A stretch of 64,000 nucleotides of DNA from a bacterium (lineage in GTDB: Bacteria > Zhuqueibacterota > Zhuqueibacteria > Residuimicrobiales > Krinioviventaceae), in NCBI GenBank assembly GCA_963693055.1, contig OY843751.1:5952001-6016000 (forward strand), read 5' to 3'. Below are positions 9,572 to 19,687 of this stretch, in pieces. Made by a program: the position numbers and the translations under genes. The notes below the pieces were generated by a model. That model was not told the DNA's origin and made no database searches. It was given only the letters and a program-made list of their open reading frames with translations. How positions within the stretch are numbered: the first letter of the stretch is position 1; every line of letters starts with the position of its first letter.

Positions 9572-12500
9572 ATGAACAATATACTCCAAAAGCAATCTGC
9601 AAAAAAATATTACATTTTTTTATTAATACTTTTTTCAGTAATATTTTCATGTAAAGAAAAAGAATTAAAAGACTATGCCGCATTGGTTGATCCCATGATC
9701 GGGACTAACTGGAATGGTCACACATTTCCGGGAGCTACACTCCCTTTTGGCATGGTACAACTTTCACCTGATACAAAAGTGGGATTCTGGGACAAAGAAT
9801 CCGGCAATGATTATTCTGTAGGAATCTGGGACAATTGCTCAGGCTATCATTATTCTGACAGTACAATTATGGGATTTACACATACCCATTTCAGCGGTAC
9901 AGGCGGAGAAGGCGGTTCCGACATCATGTTCATGCCCACTGTTGGCGAACTGATGTTTACTCCCGGAGATACCCTGAATACAAAAACCGGTTACCGCTCA
10001 AGGTTTTCTCATGATAACGAATATGCATCACCCGGATATTATTCCGTACTATTGGATGACTATAACGTTCGGGTTGAGCTCACAGCAACCCAACGTGTTG
10101 GCTTGCATAAATATACGTTTCCACAGAGTAATGAATCCAATGTGATTTTAGATTTGGTTCATGGCAACAAAGATACTCCCGATAGTCTCTTTATCGAAAT
10201 TAAAGACAATAGATTACTGGGCTACCGGGCCGCCTCAGGCGGACTTGACGGTCCAAAGGCGATCTATTTCGTCGCAGAGTTTTCAAAACCTTTTGACTCA
10301 TTCGGCGTGGCAGTCAATGATATTATAAAGAACAACCTTACAACTGCCAAAGGTAAAAATATTAAAAGCTTTTTCAGATTTTCCACAGATAAAGACGAAC
10401 CTGTTCTACTCAAAGTTGCAATTTCCACAGTCAGCATTGATGGTGCAATTAAAAACATGAAAGCCGAGCTGCCTTATTGGGATTTTGAAAAAACCAAAAC
10501 ACTGGCCAGAAAAGCATGGAACAAAGAGTTAAACAAAATCGATATTAAAGTTGGTACACGGGAACAACAAAAAACATTCTATACCGCGCTTTATCATGCT
10601 TCTATTCATCCCAATATTTATATGGATGTTGACCGAAAATACCGTAGTACAGATAATAAAGTTTACACTGCGGACAAGAATTTTGACAACTATACCAACT
10701 TTTCTCTATGGGATACATTCCGGGGACTTCATCCGTTACAGACGATTATTAATACCGAAAAAACATCTCAATATATTAAAACATACATTGAACGATATGA
10801 ACACTCGCTCAATATGCCTATTATGGAATTTTCCGGTAACGAAAGATATTCAATGATTGGCTATCACTCACTACCTGTGGTGGCAGATGCTTATGCAAAA
10901 GGTATTCGTGATTACGATGTGGAAAAAGCTTATAAAGCCATGAAACAACTGTCCAATGCAAGTATACCTGGAAAAAAATACTATTTGCAGTATGGGTTTA
11001 TTCCTTATGAATTCGAAATAGCATCGGTTTCTTCCACTCTTGAATACAGTTTTGATGATTGGTGTGTATCGGTATTGGCCAAAGATTTCAATAAAGCAGA
11101 TTATGACCTATATAACCAACGCGGTCACTTTTATAAAAACCTGTTTAACCCTAAATACAACTTTATGGTCCCCAAAAGCAATAAATATGCATGGTACAAA
11201 AATTTCGATCCCATGCAAAGTTCACATCATTATACCGAAGCCAACGCGTATCAATATTCAACTTTTGCGATTCAGGATATTGAAAGCTTGATAGAGATGA
11301 TGGGTGGAGATAAAGCTTTTGAAAAATGGCTTGATGTTGCGTTTTCCACAAAAACCGATTTTGCAAAAATGACAATTGCAGATGTTACCGGATTAATCGG
11401 CCAGTATGCCCATGGTAACGAACCCAGCCATCACGTCTCATATCTGTACAACTATGTTGGTTCCGCATATAAAACACAAAAACTGGTCCGCCAAATTTTA
11501 ACAACATTGTATTCTGACAAGACAGATGGTATCAGCGGCAATGAAGATGCCGGACAAATGTCTGCATGGTATATTTTGAGCGCAATGGGATTTTACTCTG
11601 TCACTCCGGGTATGGATTACTTTGTTATTGGTAGTCCGTTGTTTGACAAGGTAACCATCAATTTAGAAAACGGTAAAAAGTTTACAGTTGTTGCAAATAA
11701 CAATTCAATCGACAATCCATATATTCAATCCGTTTCCTTGAATGGAAAGCCCTATCAAAAATCCTATTTAAAATATGAGGATATCATGCAGGGTTCTGAA
11801 ATTGTTTTTGAAATGGGTAACAAACCGAATTTCGACTGGGGCAAGGCTAAAGAAAACCGTCCCTATTCATTGAAATACAATGCCGTGGTTATGCCGCAAG
11901 TTACTTTTTCAAACAAAGTATTTCTTGATTACAGTTTAATTAAAATGACAACAGAAAATACAACTGCTGATATCAGATATACACTTGACGGAACAGAACC
12001 TGACCCATCTTCTACAAAATATACAGGGCCATTCAAAGTAAACGAATCTTCTGTAATCAAGGCCAAAACCTTTGTTCCGGGACAGGTACCAAGTTATACA
12101 ACTACTGTTTCCGTAAGAAAAACCGGACTTGAAGAACCACAAAATGTTTCCGGATTAAAGCCCGGAATCAAGTATTTATACCGTGAAGGATTATGCGCAG
12201 AAACGGCTGACCTGTTAAAATATCCGGTCAAAGATACAGGCGTTCTCCGTACGTTTAATGTCGATGCAATCAAAGACTCGAGGGTTTTTGGTTATAACCT
12301 GACCGGATATATAAATGTGCCTGAAAACGGTATTTATACATTTTATCTCGTATCCAATGATGGCGCAACGCTGTATGTAAACGATGAACTGATTGTTGAT
12401 AATGACGGCGCGCACGCTTCTTATGTTTTGTATGGACAAAAAGGCCTAAAGAAAGGTTTCCACAAAATTAAAGTCGATTATTTCCAGATGGGACGAGCCA

Positions 12501-12574
12501 AAGACCTTGTTGTCAGTTGGCAAAAAGATGATGGGAAAATTACAGAAATACCCGCAAAAGTTTTATTTCATTGA
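9572..12574 (+). CDS. GH92 alpha-mannosidase with Fn3-associated and PA14 domains; lipoprotein
   Basis: GHTFPGATLPFGMVQLSPDT, SLWDTFR, GQYAHGNEPSHH, GNEDAGQMSAWY; IRYTLDGTEP; PA14 at C-terminus; IFSC lipobox. Confidence 0.93.
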   Translation: MNNILQKQSAKKYYIFLLILFSVIFSCKEKELKDYAALVDPMIGTNWNGHTFPGATLPFGMVQLSPDTKVGFWDKESGNDYSVGIWDNCSGYHYSDSTIMGFTHTHFSGTGGEGGSDIMFMPTVGELMFTPGDTLNTKTGYRSRFSHDNEYASPGYYSVLLDDYNVRVELTATQRVGLHKYTFPQSNESNVILDLVHGNKDTPDSLFIEIKDNRLLGYRAASGGLDGPKAIYFVAEFSKPFDSFGVAVNDIIKNNLTTAKGKNIKSFFRFSTDKDEPVLLKVAISTVSIDGAIKNMKAELPYWDFEKTKTLARKAWNKELNKIDIKVGTREQQKTFYTALYHASIHPNIYMDVDRKYRSTDNKVYTADKNFDNYTNFSLWDTFRGLHPLQTIINTEKTSQYIKTYIERYEHSLNMPIMEFSGNERYSMIGYHSLPVVADAYAKGIRDYDVEKAYKAMKQLSNASIPGKKYYLQYGFIPYEFEIASVSSTLEYSFDDWCVSVLAKDFNKADYDLYNQRGHFYKNLFNPKYNFMVPKSNKYAWYKNFDPMQSSHHYTEANAYQYSTFAIQDIESLIEMMGGDKAFEKWLDVAFSTKTDFAKMTIADVTGLIGQYAHGNEPSHHVSYLYNYVGSAYKTQKLVRQILTTLYSDKTDGISGNEDAGQMSAWYILSAMGFYSVTPGMDYFVIGSPLFDKVTINLENGKKFTVVANNNSIDNPYIQSVSLNGKPYQKSYLKYEDIMQGSEIVFEMGNKPNFDWGKAKENRPYSLKYNAVVMPQVTFSNKVFLDYSLIKMTTENTTADIRYTLDGTEPDPSSTKYTGPFKVNESSVIKAKTFVPGQVPSYTTTVSVRKTGLEEPQNVSGLKPGIKYLYREGLCAETADLLKYPVKDTGVLRTFNVDAIKDSRVFGYNLTGYINVPENGIYTFYLVSNDGATLYVNDELIVDNDGAHASYVLYGQKGLKKGFHKIKVDYFQMGRAKDLVVSWQKDDGKITEIPAKVLFH

Positions 12575-12605
12575 AACGAATCATACTAACTAGAATGAGG
12601 ACCGA

Positions 12606-14753
12606 ATGAAATCTTTTAACATCATGATTTTTCGGAATAACCTGATCTACAGATTTATTGCAGTATTTTTGTTTTTATTCACAATCCAGTCTCCAGCTAA
12701 TGTTGTTGTGGATTTTGAGCATAATAGCTCTCCTGAAACGGTTTATACGGTTCATCTGCTAAAATATCATTTGACCAAACTCACGGGACATGCAAACCCG
12801 AATGATATTTCTGTTCATCTGGTGTTGGATCCATCATTGGCGGAATCTTGTGGAGATGAAGGGTACCAGTTGCATATATCTCCCGCTGATATAAACATCA
12901 AGGCCAGCACAGAAGCCGGACTGCTCTATGGCTCCGTAGCTCTTGTAGAGTGGGCCATTGCAAACAGCTCGGACTTTGATGATTATCAGCACGCCGATAT
13001 CGATTTTCCTGTCGTTGCCGGTCAGGCCGCTGAATTGTTTGAAAACCTCCCGGAAATTCAATTAAAAAGTAAACCCTTTTATCCATTGCGCTTTTTTGAA
13101 TTATCTAATTTCTCCATGGGTGTAGCGGATTTGATTGATACGGAAGTACTTGCCGAAAAAAACAATTATTACAGCGGCCATGAAGGAGGATTCAAGGATG
13201 CCGCCCATACCTGGAAAACCTGGTGCGACTGGTGCTCACGTCACAGGATCAACCGCCTGTCTAACTGGCCATACAGTACCGGCACAAACTGGTGGGACCT
13301 TGCCGTTGATCCTGCCACAAAGGGCATGAGTCAATTCTCAAATAACGAGATCATCAAAGCCGCAAAAGTACGTGAAGACCTGTTCAAATATGCTTCAAGC
13401 CGGGGCGTAAAACCCTATTTAATGAACTATTTAACCGGTTCCGCAACAACCACTATAGCCCAAAACCGTCCCGATCTTGTGGGTGTGCTCAGTAATGATG
13501 AACACCACAATGGCGCCATGTCTTTTTGCCATGCGGATGGAAGACTGACTAAAGTGTTTACCGCACAAATCCGGGCCATTTTGCGTACCTATCCTTCGCT
13601 TGCGGGAATTCACATCCGCTGGTGGGGAGAGTCTTTTCCCTGCCAATGTGATAATTGTCGTGGCAGACAGGGAGAACTGCAAAAAAAGCTGACGCTTGAA
13701 ATTATAGAGGCCGCTATTGATGAAAGACCAGACATAGAGATCCTGTTAAGCGGTCGGTTGTTTTTACATGGTTCGCAGGAATTTTGGGACAAGCTGCCCG
13801 ACAATGTGATTTTGCAAACCAAATGGGGACGCGACTGGGAACCCACTGCTGAACCGAATCTGGATTTTGAGGAAATCCGAAAAACAGGTCAACGCTTTCT
13901 GATCAGCCAGGCCCTGCCCAGTGAAGAAGTCTCTCCTTTTGGAAATGTACAATATCTGCCCTATCAGGACGGTGTTAAAAAATATGCCGCTTCTGACAAG
14001 GCACCCAATATCAACGGATTCAGTATTGTATCGGCTGAGAAGGATTTTGGCTGGATCACAGAAACCAACTTTCTTGCTATGGCCAAACTAAACTGGGCCC
14101 CCTTACAAACCCATGTTGAAGATCTGATTGGTAACTATCTCGAATCCACCTATGGTGATGCCAGTGAAGCGATATATAAATCCCTCGAATTGAACCAAAA
14201 TGCCTGGAAAGAATTCTGTGTTGATTTTGACGGAATTACACTGTATAAAGATTATTATCGTTTGGCCTGGATGTTTGGGTTGGACAGTCTGAAAACAGCA
14301 AAACCGGAGGAACTGGCCAGGAACATTAAACGCATTGAAAAGCATTCCCAAATGATGGCACAAGCACTCTTTTTACTGGAGAGCAATCGGAACCATGTAA
14401 CGCCTACAGCACTGCCGGCCTTTAACGATATGGTTCACGGCACACAACTCTTTACCGAGTTTTTCACCTCCAGATTATTACTAGCTGAAGCTTTTTCTCA
14501 TAAACATCGTCAGGAAACTGAAAAGATGAGAAAAAAACTCGGGCTGGTCCTGGAATCTGACAAACGCCTGGTAAAGCTGGCATTATCCAAACCCAATATT
14601 GCGGATGATTTTGAAATGGAGGGCATGGTCAGCGCCACAAATTTTTTTCGCGATACTATTTATATGAAAACCGGTGCATGGGATTTTCTCCATAACCGGG
14701 TTTTTAATGAAATGGACGAAATTGAAAAAATGATTCAACAGCTTGAGAATTGA
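12606..14753 (+). CDS. secreted putative glycoside hydrolase (GH20/GH67-type N-terminal domain plus unassigned barrel)
   Basis: signal peptide; DEGYQL..I.ASTEAGLLYG and P.YPLR pattern typical of the GH20 domain 2 / zincin-like fold; CQCDNC motif. Confidence 0.55.
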   Translation: MKSFNIMIFRNNLIYRFIAVFLFLFTIQSPANVVVDFEHNSSPETVYTVHLLKYHLTKLTGHANPNDISVHLVLDPSLAESCGDEGYQLHISPADINIKASTEAGLLYGSVALVEWAIANSSDFDDYQHADIDFPVVAGQAAELFENLPEIQLKSKPFYPLRFFELSNFSMGVADLIDTEVLAEKNNYYSGHEGGFKDAAHTWKTWCDWCSRHRINRLSNWPYSTGTNWWDLAVDPATKGMSQFSNNEIIKAAKVREDLFKYASSRGVKPYLMNYLTGSATTTIAQNRPDLVGVLSNDEHHNGAMSFCHADGRLTKVFTAQIRAILRTYPSLAGIHIRWWGESFPCQCDNCRGRQGELQKKLTLEIIEAAIDERPDIEILLSGRLFLHGSQEFWDKLPDNVILQTKWGRDWEPTAEPNLDFEEIRKTGQRFLISQALPSEEVSPFGNVQYLPYQDGVKKYAASDKAPNINGFSIVSAEKDFGWITETNFLAMAKLNWAPLQTHVEDLIGNYLESTYGDASEAIYKSLELNQNAWKEFCVDFDGITLYKDYYRLAWMFGLDSLKTAKPEELARNIKRIEKHSQMMAQALFLLESNRNHVTPTALPAFNDMVHGTQLFTEFFTSRLLLAEAFSHKHRQETEKMRKKLGLVLESDKRLVKLALSKPNIADDFEMEGMVSATNFFRDTIYMKTGAWDFLHNRVFNEMDEIEKMIQQLEN

Positions 14754-14770
14754 TTCATTTTAACCTTTTT

Positions 14771-14807
14771 ATAATATCCCCCAGTATACTGCTACGGGGG
14801 ATATTAT
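14771..14807. terminator. hairpin after glycan cluster
   Basis: ATAATATCCCCC/GGGGGATATTAT 12-bp stem. Confidence 0.55.
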
Positions 14808-14872
14808 CCTATTGACTTTTTAATCCGGGTTTAATATTTTCCAATATCCCAATCACAAAATCCGGATAAATC

Positions 14873-15652
14873 ATGATACTCCTTGAAGCAAATAAAACAA
14901 AAAAATTTGTTGCGATCCTTTCTGAAAACAAACTACCTCTCCCCCGACATCAGATATCTCAGTCATTCATTGATGGCATTTATGGGAAAGCATACATTGG
15001 CGATTCCGGTTCTGCAGTAATTGTGGGGGACTTTGTTGAACTTGCAGGGGCATTCGATCAAAAGATTTATAATAAAATAGCCGAAATCCAGGAAGCACAC
15101 CTTTATGATCCTCCTAAATCATGGTTGACAGAGATTCAAAAGCGCTATAACGGAAAGCTGGAAGCATATACAAGAATGGCTTTCCATCCCATGACTGCTG
15201 AAAACGCGGCAAAAGCCGGATCGAGCATACAAGAAGAAACTTCGTTGGTCCTGGAAGGCCAGCCGGTTGCAATCAAACCCATCGATGATTCATTGGTATC
15301 AGCTCTATACTCGGAAGAATGGTCCATGGATCTGGTAGCCAATACAATGCTCCATAACGAAAACGATTTACAGGGCTTTGGATTTGCAGCAACCATCGGC
15401 AATAAAATCATAGGCGGCATTGGCTGCTATACGTTTTACCGCAAAGGTATCGAGATCCAGGTGGATACCCGCGAAGGGTATCGTCGTCAAGGAATCGCCA
15501 CACGGGTGGCCCGCCGCATGCTGACCGAATGCGGCCGCCGTAACCTGGAATGCCACTGGGACGCCATGAACGCAGAGTCCACACGACTCGCTGAAAAACT
15601 GGGATTTGTAAAAATGAAAGAATACCCTTGTATTATGATGTCCCATGAATAA
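14873..15652 (+). CDS. GNAT family N-acetyltransferase
   Basis: IEIQVDTREGYRRQGIAT, HWDAMNAESTRLAEKLGF. Confidence 0.9.
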   Translation: MILLEANKTKKFVAILSENKLPLPRHQISQSFIDGIYGKAYIGDSGSAVIVGDFVELAGAFDQKIYNKIAEIQEAHLYDPPKSWLTEIQKRYNGKLEAYTRMAFHPMTAENAAKAGSSIQEETSLVLEGQPVAIKPIDDSLVSALYSEEWSMDLVANTMLHNENDLQGFGFAATIGNKIIGGIGCYTFYRKGIEIQVDTREGYRRQGIATRVARRMLTECGRRNLECHWDAMNAESTRLAEKLGFVKMKEYPCIMMSHE

Positions 15653-15676
15653 ATAAAAATCACTGGAGAACCACAG

Positions 15677-16165
15677 TTGATAATTATTGAAGCTGTGTTA
15701 ATGGGGATATTTGCAACATTCGTTATGGATTTTTTGGCTGGAATGCTTGCCAAAAGAAAACTCGTCTATCCATTTATTTCTCAGGAAGCTATGGGCAGAT
15801 GGTTCCTTTATATATTTAAAGGCAAATTAGTTCATAAAGATATTAACAACAGCCCGAAATTTAAGAATGAAAAACTTTGGTGCTTGATATCTCATTACCT
15901 AATTGGAATTGCACTTGCCGGAGTATATTTGATACTTGAATACAAAGTGGCACTTTTTCAAGAATTTGTTTGGATGTCATTGGTTTTTGGAATTGCTACA
16001 ATTTGCTTTCCCTGGTTTTGGTTGCTTCCTTCTATCGGTATGGGTTTTATGGCTTCAAAATCACCACATCGATCAAAAATTTTGAGAACCAATCTTATAA
16101 ATCACACAAACTTTGGTCTTGGACTTTTTATATGGATTGTCTTACCTCTCCGTTTCTTCATCTAG
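15677..16165 (+). CDS. DUF2938 family membrane protein
   Basis: GIFATFVMD, MGRW, HYLIGI, PSIGMGFMASK, H..FGLGL; 4 TM segments. Confidence 0.8.
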   Translation: MIIIEAVLMGIFATFVMDFLAGMLAKRKLVYPFISQEAMGRWFLYIFKGKLVHKDINNSPKFKNEKLWCLISHYLIGIALAGVYLILEYKVALFQEFVWMSLVFGIATICFPWFWLLPSIGMGFMASKSPHRSKILRTNLINHTNFGLGLFIWIVLPLRFFI

Positions 16166-16469
16166 AGAATAGCTTTAATCAAACCATATAAAAATTCGTC
16201 GAATAAAATTAATATAAATACCAGATCAAATTGGAACAGATCCTGAACAATCTAAAAGGTGAGGTCATATCAATTATCCCCAATATTACAAAAACCAGCA
16301 TGTTTCAGATATTCAGAGTAACCCGGAAAAATTTCTCTGCCAGATGTGGAAAAAAAAGCACAATTGCAATTCAATATTCGTATATTCTAAATATAAAAAT
16401 TTAATTATACAAAACAACTGCGTTAATCGGTTCTCAAAAGTAAATTAGAAAAGATATTGGAGTACAAAC

Positions 16470-17309
16470 ATGGAGCGTCGTAAATTATTTAAAATATTTG
16501 GCGGAGCAATCGTAGGGGGTGGAGCTGTGGGTGTTGTCACTCTCACTACTGCTTTTAAGCCAAATGTTTCACCTGCAGAATCTGCCAAAAAACTGACCCG
16601 TAATGAGGGAGAACAATCCTGGCCCTATAGTCAATTAGATCCTTTAGCTGCAGCCGAGTTGGCATATAATAGCTATGACGAGGGAAGTTGTATGTACGCC
16701 ACCTTTAAAAGCGTCGTATCTAAACTGGCTGATCAAGTGGGTGAGCCATTTAGTAATTTCCCCTGCGAGATGATGAAATACGGACACGGAGGTATTGGTG
16801 GATATGGTACGGTGTGTGGTGCACTAAATGGAGCGGCCGCCCTTATTGGCTTGTTAGTAAAAGACAAGAAAAATCAAGACTATCTGATAGAAAATTTGTA
16901 TCAATGGTACGAAAAAACCCCACTTCCTCAATTTAGTCCAAAAAATCCTTTACTTGAATTCACTCCACCTACGTCAATCTCTAATTCTGTGCTATGCCAT
17001 GCTTCCACCACAAACTGGAGTAATACAAGTGGATATGCAATTAAATCTATAGAACAAAAGGAACGCTGCCGCAGGTTGACCGCAGATGTGGTCTACCATA
17101 CAGTTACCATGCTTAATCAATTTTTTAACAATGACTTTATGACATCCGGCAATGCGAACGAACCCGTTACAACATGTATAACCTGTCATGGAAAAGAAGG
17201 TAAAGTGGCAAATATAAGCAGCAAGATGAATTGCACACCATGCCATTCGGAATCTGTGGGACATAAACTCTTTGCTGATATTCATTACAAGCTTATGAAA
17301 AAGAAATAA
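16470..17309 (+). CDS. C-GCAxxG-C-C family / split-Soret cytochrome c-like redox protein with two extra CxxCH motifs; Tat signal
   Basis: ERRKLF; GSCMY, YGHGGIGGYGTVCGALNG, SVLCHAS, ERCRRLTADV; CITCH and CTPCH. Confidence 0.8.
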   Translation: MERRKLFKIFGGAIVGGGAVGVVTLTTAFKPNVSPAESAKKLTRNEGEQSWPYSQLDPLAAAELAYNSYDEGSCMYATFKSVVSKLADQVGEPFSNFPCEMMKYGHGGIGGYGTVCGALNGAAALIGLLVKDKKNQDYLIENLYQWYEKTPLPQFSPKNPLLEFTPPTSISNSVLCHASTTNWSNTSGYAIKSIEQKERCRRLTADVVYHTVTMLNQFFNNDFMTSGNANEPVTTCITCHGKEGKVANISSKMNCTPCHSESVGHKLFADIHYKLMKKK

Positions 17310-17320
17310 AAATCCCTGGC

Positions 17321-17338
17321 CCGGCCCTCGTGGCCGGG
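17321..17338. repeat. GC-rich REP-like hairpin repeat, copy 1
   Basis: CCGGCCCTCGTGGCCGGG, identical at 31390 and 32340. Confidence 0.85.
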
Positions 17339-17547
17339 GCTGATGCCTCTAAATTATAAAAAAGAACCCTATTAACACTTTTCATCAAGTCAAAAACCGT
17401 TTGCTTTCATTTTCTTAAATTTGTATACTATTCTGTCAGATAATTTGTCAATAGCCGGGCCAAGCCCTTTCTTTAATATCTCCATGGGTAAAAACTCTTT
17501 TCCAATCAACATCTATCACTTTTAGATTATAATTCAAGTAGGATAAT

Positions 17548-18693
17548 TTGAAAAAATTGTTACTGACCATTTTATTGGCAGGTTTATGTAATATGGTGTT
17601 GGCACAGACCAATATCATGGATAACACAAATAATCTTGCTAAAGACCCCACCAACATGGATCAACTCCATGAGGGTGATATTGCTATCGTCTTTACCACA
17701 AATGCCACGCCATACGATTTATACAGTGCAACTCTGGTGCTATATAATTTTTCGCCAACGATTTCGGATGTCACATTTAGTATAAAGCTGGCAGATGGTA
17801 GTAATGTGCCAACAGGCTCTGTTTTAGCCTCTGAAACCTTTAATAATCAAGCAATTCCATCTACTGCGGCTTATAAAACTTTTACTTTTTCCACTTTAAA
17901 CAGCTACGCCTTTGATGCAAATACAAAGTACGCGCTAGTGGTAAGTACAACCGGGACTGCGTATAAGATTGATTGTGACGGTGTATTGCTGCCAACATCA
18001 AGTTATTATTCGGTTAACCGTACCTTACTTTATGATACGAGTTGGAACGATTTTAATTATTTTGCAATCCGGGTTATGGGCACTGAAGGCTCTCTTCCAG
18101 TAGAGCTTTCTACCTTTACAGCGAGCAGCAATGGCTCATCTGTGAATTTAGCGTGGGCAACCGAATCCGAAACAGACAACCTCGGATTCATTCTTGAACG
18201 CTCGAATGATAATAATTCGTGGCAAACCATTGCCTCATACCAGACCCATCCTGCCCTTAAAGGACAAGGTAACACATCGGATCGAACAAATTACTCTTTT
18301 ACAGACAAGATGGTAGAACCCGGTAATACTTATTTTTATCGTCTCTCGGATATCAGCACAAAAGGTGAAACCTCGGATTACACTTCTTTATCCGTTAAAG
18401 TGGACAAACTTCCGGAAACTACCGAAATGGAAAATGCGTATCCCAACCCATTCAATCCACAGACAAAGATTGCTTACAATCTGGCAATTGACACAAATGT
18501 AAACATAACCGTGTTCGACCTGTTGGGACGACAGGTGAAATCCCTTTTTAATGGAAACCAGACTGCCGGCAGTCATCATGTCTACTGGAATGCGATGAAT
18601 GAAACCGGCAGCACTGTCCCCAGCGGTTGTTACTTTATCCGGATGCAAACAGAAAACTCTACACAGATGCAAAAAGTCCTGTTGATGAAATAA
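17548..18693 (+). CDS. secreted protein with variable N-terminal beta domain and FlgD/T9SS-type C-terminal sorting domain (paralog A)
   Basis: TTG start, signal peptide; LPVELSTF..W.TESETDNLGF; AYPNPFNP..I.Y..FDLLGRQV..W..SGCYF..QKVLLMK. Confidence 0.85.
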   Translation: MKKLLLTILLAGLCNMVLAQTNIMDNTNNLAKDPTNMDQLHEGDIAIVFTTNATPYDLYSATLVLYNFSPTISDVTFSIKLADGSNVPTGSVLASETFNNQAIPSTAAYKTFTFSTLNSYAFDANTKYALVVSTTGTAYKIDCDGVLLPTSSYYSVNRTLLYDTSWNDFNYFAIRVMGTEGSLPVELSTFTASSNGSSVNLAWATESETDNLGFILERSNDNNSWQTIASYQTHPALKGQGNTSDRTNYSFTDKMVEPGNTYFYRLSDISTKGETSDYTSLSVKVDKLPETTEMENAYPNPFNPQTKIAYNLAIDTNVNITVFDLLGRQVKSLFNGNQTAGSHHVYWNAMNETGSTVPSGCYFIRMQTENSTQMQKVLLMK

Positions 18694-18729
18694 GGGATTA
18701 TTACAAAACGGTCGCCAATTTAATTTACA

Positions 18730-18760
18730 GATCGTGACGGAGATGATCTTCGTCACGATC
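18730..18760. repeat. 31-bp palindrome family, copy 1
   Basis: GATCGTGACGGAGATGATCTTCGTCACGATC; a decayed half copy lies at ~18826-18855. Confidence 0.9.
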
Positions 18761-18845
18761 TTAATAAAAAGAAATTTCTCATAGATTTTCCCCTGATAAC
18801 CAAAATGTTTATACGATGCATTTTAAATGATCAAAATAATTCCCG

Positions 18846-19202
18846 TCACATTCTTAAATCCAAATCCAGTACAATTTTAATATTTTCTATCACTTTTGAG
18901 ATTTTTTATGCTGGTAACATCCCAACTCTTTTTATCAATCTTTTATTATCAATAGCTCTTATCTGATCAATCATTAAATCGCAATTCTCGTTTACATTTG
19001 CTGTGCCTCTTTCAATATGTACCCGCAAAACATCTGATTTTATTGTAACCTTTGTAGTTATTGGGCAAATAATTGTAGAGAGATGATCAACTTTATTCAA
19101 CAGGTCTGTCAGTAATATAGCTACCGGTCTTGTTTTACCGGGTTCTGTACTTATCTGAGGATTTAGATCAGCTATCCAAATTTCGTATTGCTTAACCGTC
19201 AT
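18846..19202 (-). pseudogene. PemK/MazF toxin with premature stop
   Basis: EIWIADLNP..TEPGKTRP, TIICPITT, DQIRAIDNKRL; TAA at 18906-18908 is followed in frame by KISKVIENIKIVLDLDLRM*, the expected C-terminal helix. Confidence 0.75.
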
Positions 19203-19421
19203 AATCTATATCCTCAAACTCTTTTAATACTGTCACAGATTCGTCCCTGACAAATAAAGATTCCTTTGCAAGATTTTCCTCTATAATTTTTCGCTTTTGC
19301 AGCTTGTTGTAAAGTTCAATAGCCTCATTAATATATCGATTTCCGGGCTTTTTATGTCTGTTACTATTTGTTCAACATCTACAAAAATATCATCATCAAG
19401 CTTTAACGATATAGTTTTCAT
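19192..19421 (-). pseudogene. ribbon-helix-helix-type antitoxin, frameshifted
   Basis: MKTISLKLDDDIFVDVEQIVTDIK, then a shift in an A run (~19349-19353) to PGNRYINEAIELYNKLQKRK...EFEDIDYDG*, overlapping the toxin start. Confidence 0.7.
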
Positions 19422-19687
19422 AGTATATCCTTTCAGTATATACATAACTGACAAAAATTAAGGCATACGAATTATAATAAAAAGTCAATATTAATTTTAC
19501 AAAAACCTGATTAGCAAAAGTATTCACTTCGACATCCGAAACTGTACGAAAAAATGTTTATTTTATTGCGATGAGACGAGATATTGTATATATTAAAGAG
19601 TATATGTATTTTAAAAATTTAACAGTTCATCAATGCAAACATAATTAATCTCAACATAATTTTCAATCCAAATTTAAAGGATCGAAT

